This document shows, in pieces, positions 59,812-64,000 of a DNA stretch of 64,000 bases. The notes under the pieces were generated by a model. It saw only the letters and a program-made list of their open reading frames with translations. It did no database searches and was not told the origin of the DNA. The number at the start of each line of letters is the position of its first letter. Positions within the stretch are counted from its first letter, which is position 1. The position numbers were made by a program, and so were the translations under genes. The DNA comes from Macrostomum lignano (Eukaryota): the NCBI GenBank assembly GCA_002269645.1, contig NIVC01001150.1, positions 260,422-324,421 on the forward strand. Direction: 5' to 3'.

Positions 59812-60656
59812 TTGGCGTTAACCATCCTCATTTTTTGTTTTTTTTGTATGCGGCTTATCACTTTGTACTTTTAAGGCGCAAAGCTGTGCGCTCAAACCAT
59901 TTTTTTTGTAAAATACATAATGAGTTCTCTACTTTTCAAAAAATGATCCACGATTTTGTGGCGATTTCCCTGGTGAATGAATGACTTTCAACTCTAATAG
60001 TTGCGCAGTTTGTCGATCGTGAAATCGAATCAAATCCAGCTGTTTATGGTTGTACAAGCCATGCTCGAAGTCCATATAATATCGTAAAGCATTTAGGAAG
60101 CTGCGGCTCTGTCCAGTCAGTCAGGTTGAGTCCAAGTTGTAATTCAGTGTATTTTTTCAGTGACCCATAGTAAAAATAATTTGCGAATAAAGCAGAGTGC
60201 AGTCAAGAAGCTACCAGCGGAGCGCGGACGGAAAGCATGCATGTGGCAGACTGTTTATACACTAAAATTCTGTTGTATGGACTCGGTCCTCTTACTTCTA
60301 TGTGATAATCAGGTAAATATAGGTCAAGAAATAAAAACAAAGAATACGAGGTGGCTATAATTCGGTAATAAGAGTATTAAAATATTCATAAACAGCAGGG
60401 TTTCGTGCTCGGTCCCGGAAACAAGAAATAATGCAATAGAATATTCTGCAGGACAGGGAGCAGAGGTGCAGGTTCACATCGAGAATACAACAGCTAATGC
60501 AACTATATGCTGCTGAAACTCTCCAGCTCGAACTCTTGTTCTGCCAACAACCTTAATTAGTCAGAAGTTCGGTCAGTATGATCAATCCAAGTTCAATAAT
60601 CTTGTCATTTATGCGACGCTGAACTGCTCCATGCAGTCCATAGGCAGTCAGTTCAG

Positions 60657-60919
60657 TCATTTCCGCTGCTGACCGGAACTACCGGGCCGCGTCCTGGGCA
60701 ACGCATGCGACTTGGTCGGCTCCGGCGTGCGAGGCAGCTTGGGCCGGCTGATGAAGGCTTCATCGGCTTTGCCTCCGCCGCCTCCACCGCCTTCGCCTCT
60801 GCCACCGCCGCCAGTGCCGGTCCGCGCCTTGCGGTCTCCCTGGCCAGTCCGTGGCCGGCTCTCCGTGCTGACCGGCCGCGAGTCACCGCCAGTCCGGGGT
60901 CTCCGGCCGGTGTCCTGCC

Positions 60920-60956
<37 letters not shown>

Positions 60957-63716
60957 TCCGGCCTCAAGCTCCTCCATCTCCAGAGCCTGCAGACCCCCCG
61001 TCTTGCCCGCTCGGGTTGGAGGCCGATTGCCCGGCGTCACCGGACGCGTCAGCAGCTCGCCAGAGGTCGCAGCAGCGGACCCTGCCTCCTGCTGGGGCGA
61101 GTAGTTTCGAAGAAGGGCTTCACCCGATGGAGAATGCGCCACTGAGTCGTCTCTGTCGACATCAGGTTCTGTGGATGGGGAAAATTTTCAGACGATGCAG
61201 TTTTTATGGATACTCGTAGGCTTTCCACTAAAGCAAAGTGGAATCGAAAATCTGAGTCCGTCAGTCAGCACTGTGGCAGCGCTCGCCAAGCACCCACCGA
61301 TCACATCGGCTTCTTCGTCTTCGTCATCGTCAGGCTCGGCCTCGTCCTCGGAGTCGCGCAATTCGGCCTCCTCCTCGGAGTTGAGCTGTCGGATAATAAA
61401 CTCCAGCTGCCGGTTCATGTCCGGCGAGTCCTCCTTGATGAAGCAGTTGAGCACAGCCTCCAGGTCCATGGCGCGGGCCTCAGCTCTGATGGCGGGCACA
61501 GCCAGGATGCTGTAGAGAGCGCCGTTTACGTACGGCAGAATGTCACGGTTCTCGTGACCGAGCAGGTCACTGAGTACCTTCAGTACTTTTTTAGCCCGGG
61601 GCGGCGAGCAGTACTTCTTGCCGGCAGTGCGAAGGCAGAGGTTCATAAGCAGCGCCACCGTGTACTCGAGGCCGTAGTCGCTGAGGCCGTCGTGCTCAGC
61701 CAGCTGGTCGGCCAGCCAGTCGATGAGGTCCCGCCGGATCATGCCAGTCTGCATTCGACGGCGCAGGCTCAGCTTTTGTAGGGCGCCCACTAGTTGGTCG
61801 CGCACTGCCGGAGACCCTGTCTGGAGAGGACATGATATGCAGCAAACTTAACCTTAACTATAGTGTAGAGAGCGAAAGCTAGCAGCATGAAGGCAGGCGC
61901 ATACGACCAGCTCCTCGCCAAAGAGGAATTAATCTAACAGGGCTTCAACTCCTAGAGTTCTACGCCTCTCCCAACGAATCTCGTGTAGCAACCTACCTGA
62001 TCCTCCGGCGACTCTCTGCAGAGCTGCACCAGCGCCTGCAGCAGGCTGTCGCTGGCCTGGCCGGATGTCAGGTAGGTCCGGCCTCGGCACACGGATGCAA
62101 AAGCGTTTAGCAGCCGGCCGGCCGACTCCCGTACTCGCCGGTCATTGGAGCGCAGGCAGCCAAGCAGCAGCGGGGGCGGCTCCGCCTGCCCTGCCATGCC
62201 CAGGAGGTCGTGGGATACCCACTGGCCTACGCAGCGCTGCCTGGCCTCGCCCTCAGCCCTGGTGAGGCGCCATCGTAGCGCCTGGAGGAGGCCGGCGCGC
62301 AGAGCGTCGTCAGAGCTGGCAAGATCCCGTCGCAGTCGATCGTAGTCGGTGGCGCCCGCGGCGGCGGCAGCGGATGCGGAGGCCGCTCCAGCCGAGGCCG
62401 GGACGGCGTTGGCGGCTGCCTTGCCAGAGTCGCGGACGCTCTGCCTCAGCGCCTGGCCGGCAGAGCCCGGCCGAGTGAGGTCAAGGCTGCCCGTCTGCGC
62501 CTGAAACAGCCGCGCGCAGATCTGCTGCAGGAACTGCGGGTTCACCGGCCGGCCCTGCAGCGAGGCCTCGAGTGTGTCCACCAGCTCGGCAGTGATGCCG
62601 ATGAGGTTGTGATAGTCCGCCTGCACCTTGTTGTGCCGTCTCACGTACTGCGTCGCCCGCCTCTCTGCCTCAACTAGTTGGGCCTGCGAATGCGCAGCAA
62701 AGGCAGGGCTAATAAACATGCCAGCTTAGCTGGTAACAGCTGGTTTAACATTGGATCTTGTAAGTTTCTAGACGATGTAAAATATAGAATTCATTGTCTA
62801 TTAATTCTTGTTGGGTGAGTAATAATTGACCTGAAAGGCCGTGGCACCCACCTGCAGATCGGTCGCGGAGCCGCCAGCAGAGCCGGAGCCGGCGCCCCGG
62901 TACAGCTCGAAGAGGCGGCACTGGTTCCGCTCCGAATCCAGTACCATGGCGAGGAACCGCTCCAGCCTCAGCTGCAGTTCCGGTACCCAGCGATCGCTGA
63001 AGACATCCCGAAAGCTCGGATGGCTGCGCGGATCAGGAACATAGGGCAGGGCGTAGAAAGGCAGGAACTCGGTCGTCTGGCTGAGCTGGGCGCCTTTTGT
63101 TTCTAGGAAGTGCCGAAAGTCGGACACGGCTTCATCGTCTGTGATGCCTTCGTGTCTCACCTGAAATTTAGGAGCATAAAAAATAAAAATAAACGGGAGT
63201 CAGACAGTTTGAATTAATGCGAGACAGGTAGATATGTGACAGGGTGTGCGATTTCCACCGTGTCAAATCACCTATGGACAAGTGGCAACTGTACCTCTGA
63301 CTGGTGGAGAGGTAAATAATTGGGACCCGGGGATTCTCTGTCATTTTCGACTCGTAATTTTGCGGCAAAAAGACATTGATTACCGAGTACGTGGCGAAGT
63401 AGATGTGCAGGTAGAACTCCAGTTTCTGGGCCACTGAGTCTACCTGGCGCAGCTTGTGACTCAGCTGCTGCTCCCACAGTTGGAAGAAGGCCTCTCTTTC
63501 TCCCTTGTGAAAGTGGCGCAGCATGGTCTTTTGCGCCGTAACGGACGCAGAGTTGGTGCGCAATGCGGCGGGAACGCTCGGTACCGGCTTGCTGCGCTCG
63601 GCGCATTCGCGATCAAATGCGGCTGACGTCTGGTCATAGCCCAGGCTCTCCAGGTACTCCTTCACTATGTTGTTCAGCTCCGTCTCATAGGCCACGGTTG
63701 ATACAAAAGCTGACAT
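60657..63716 (-). CDS. ARMC9: LisH domain-containing ciliary protein ARMC9
   Basis: Exons 63716-63384 ([25 protein letters not shown]), 63160-62852 ([21 protein letters not shown]), 62683-61997 ([19 protein letters not shown]; [10 protein letters not shown]), 61820-61298 ([19 protein letters not shown]; LSDLLGHEN; [10 protein letters not shown]) and 61168-60657 (RPVTPG; poly-Q). All phases are consistent. Confidence 0.95.
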
Positions 63717-63867
63717 AGCTGCGAACGAGGCATGCAATTTAGTATTCGATTCATAAATTTTTGACACTGGAAAGTTTTTTTTTAACTTCTCTTATGAATT
63801 CATAATTGCTGCTGTCAATTGCAACATCGCGTGCATTGAAATCTGATAAACCAAAATAGACGAGTCT

Positions 63868-64000
63868 CAGGGGCGGATCCAGGGGGGGGGGGGGCTGGCG
63901 CAAGGGGGCCATGAAGGGGGCTCGGCCGTGACCAAAAAGAATTGGGCCATACTTTTGTACTGTAACTATGCAATATCTATTTTTTCAACATTAAGTTGTA
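63868..64000 (+). mobile_element. Probable left end of a hAT-type DNA transposon or MITE
   Basis: CAGGGGCGGATCCAGGGGG terminus typical of invertebrate hAT elements. The partner end is outside the window. Confidence 0.45.

Noticed and set aside
8212-63716. SPAG16, ARMC9 and PP1-like as a ciliary/sperm gene cluster
   Set aside because: They are up to 50 kb apart with unrelated genes between them. Ciliary genes are numerous, so co-occurrence is expected.

Overview
This is eukaryotic (animal) genomic DNA, not prokaryotic. GC-rich spliced exons with GT-AG introns, introns filled with minisatellites, and AT-rich transposon-laden blocks are all visible. That style suggests a free-living flatworm such as Macrostomum, which is an inference from style only. 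Genes reconstructed by hand: a divergent ionotropic glutamate receptor (+, 5'-partial, one 1-nt frameshift), SPAG16 (+), VAC14 (-, one 1-nt frameshift), RRS1 (-), a TMEM272-like membrane protein (+), a secreted F-type-lectin/discoidin-like protein (-), a 776-aa ORF with three tandem TIR-like domains plus a Cys/His zinc cluster (+), a BIR-BIR-UBA-RING IAP (-), an intronless divergent PP1-like phosphatase (+) and ARMC9 (-). Mobile DNA: a recent Ty3/Gypsy element with near-identical LTRs and a 5-bp TSD but a truncated integrase, a DIRS/Ngaro tyrosine-recombinase fragment, a hAT-type MITE (8-bp TSD), a Mutator-like long-TIR element (9-bp TSD) and probable solo LTRs. Best leads: the triple-TIR/zinc-finger protein lying convergent to an IAP, a candidate RRS1-VAC14 trans-spliced operon, and minisatellites that have amplified real exon-intron junctions. 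Family calls rest on recalled motifs; no database search was run.
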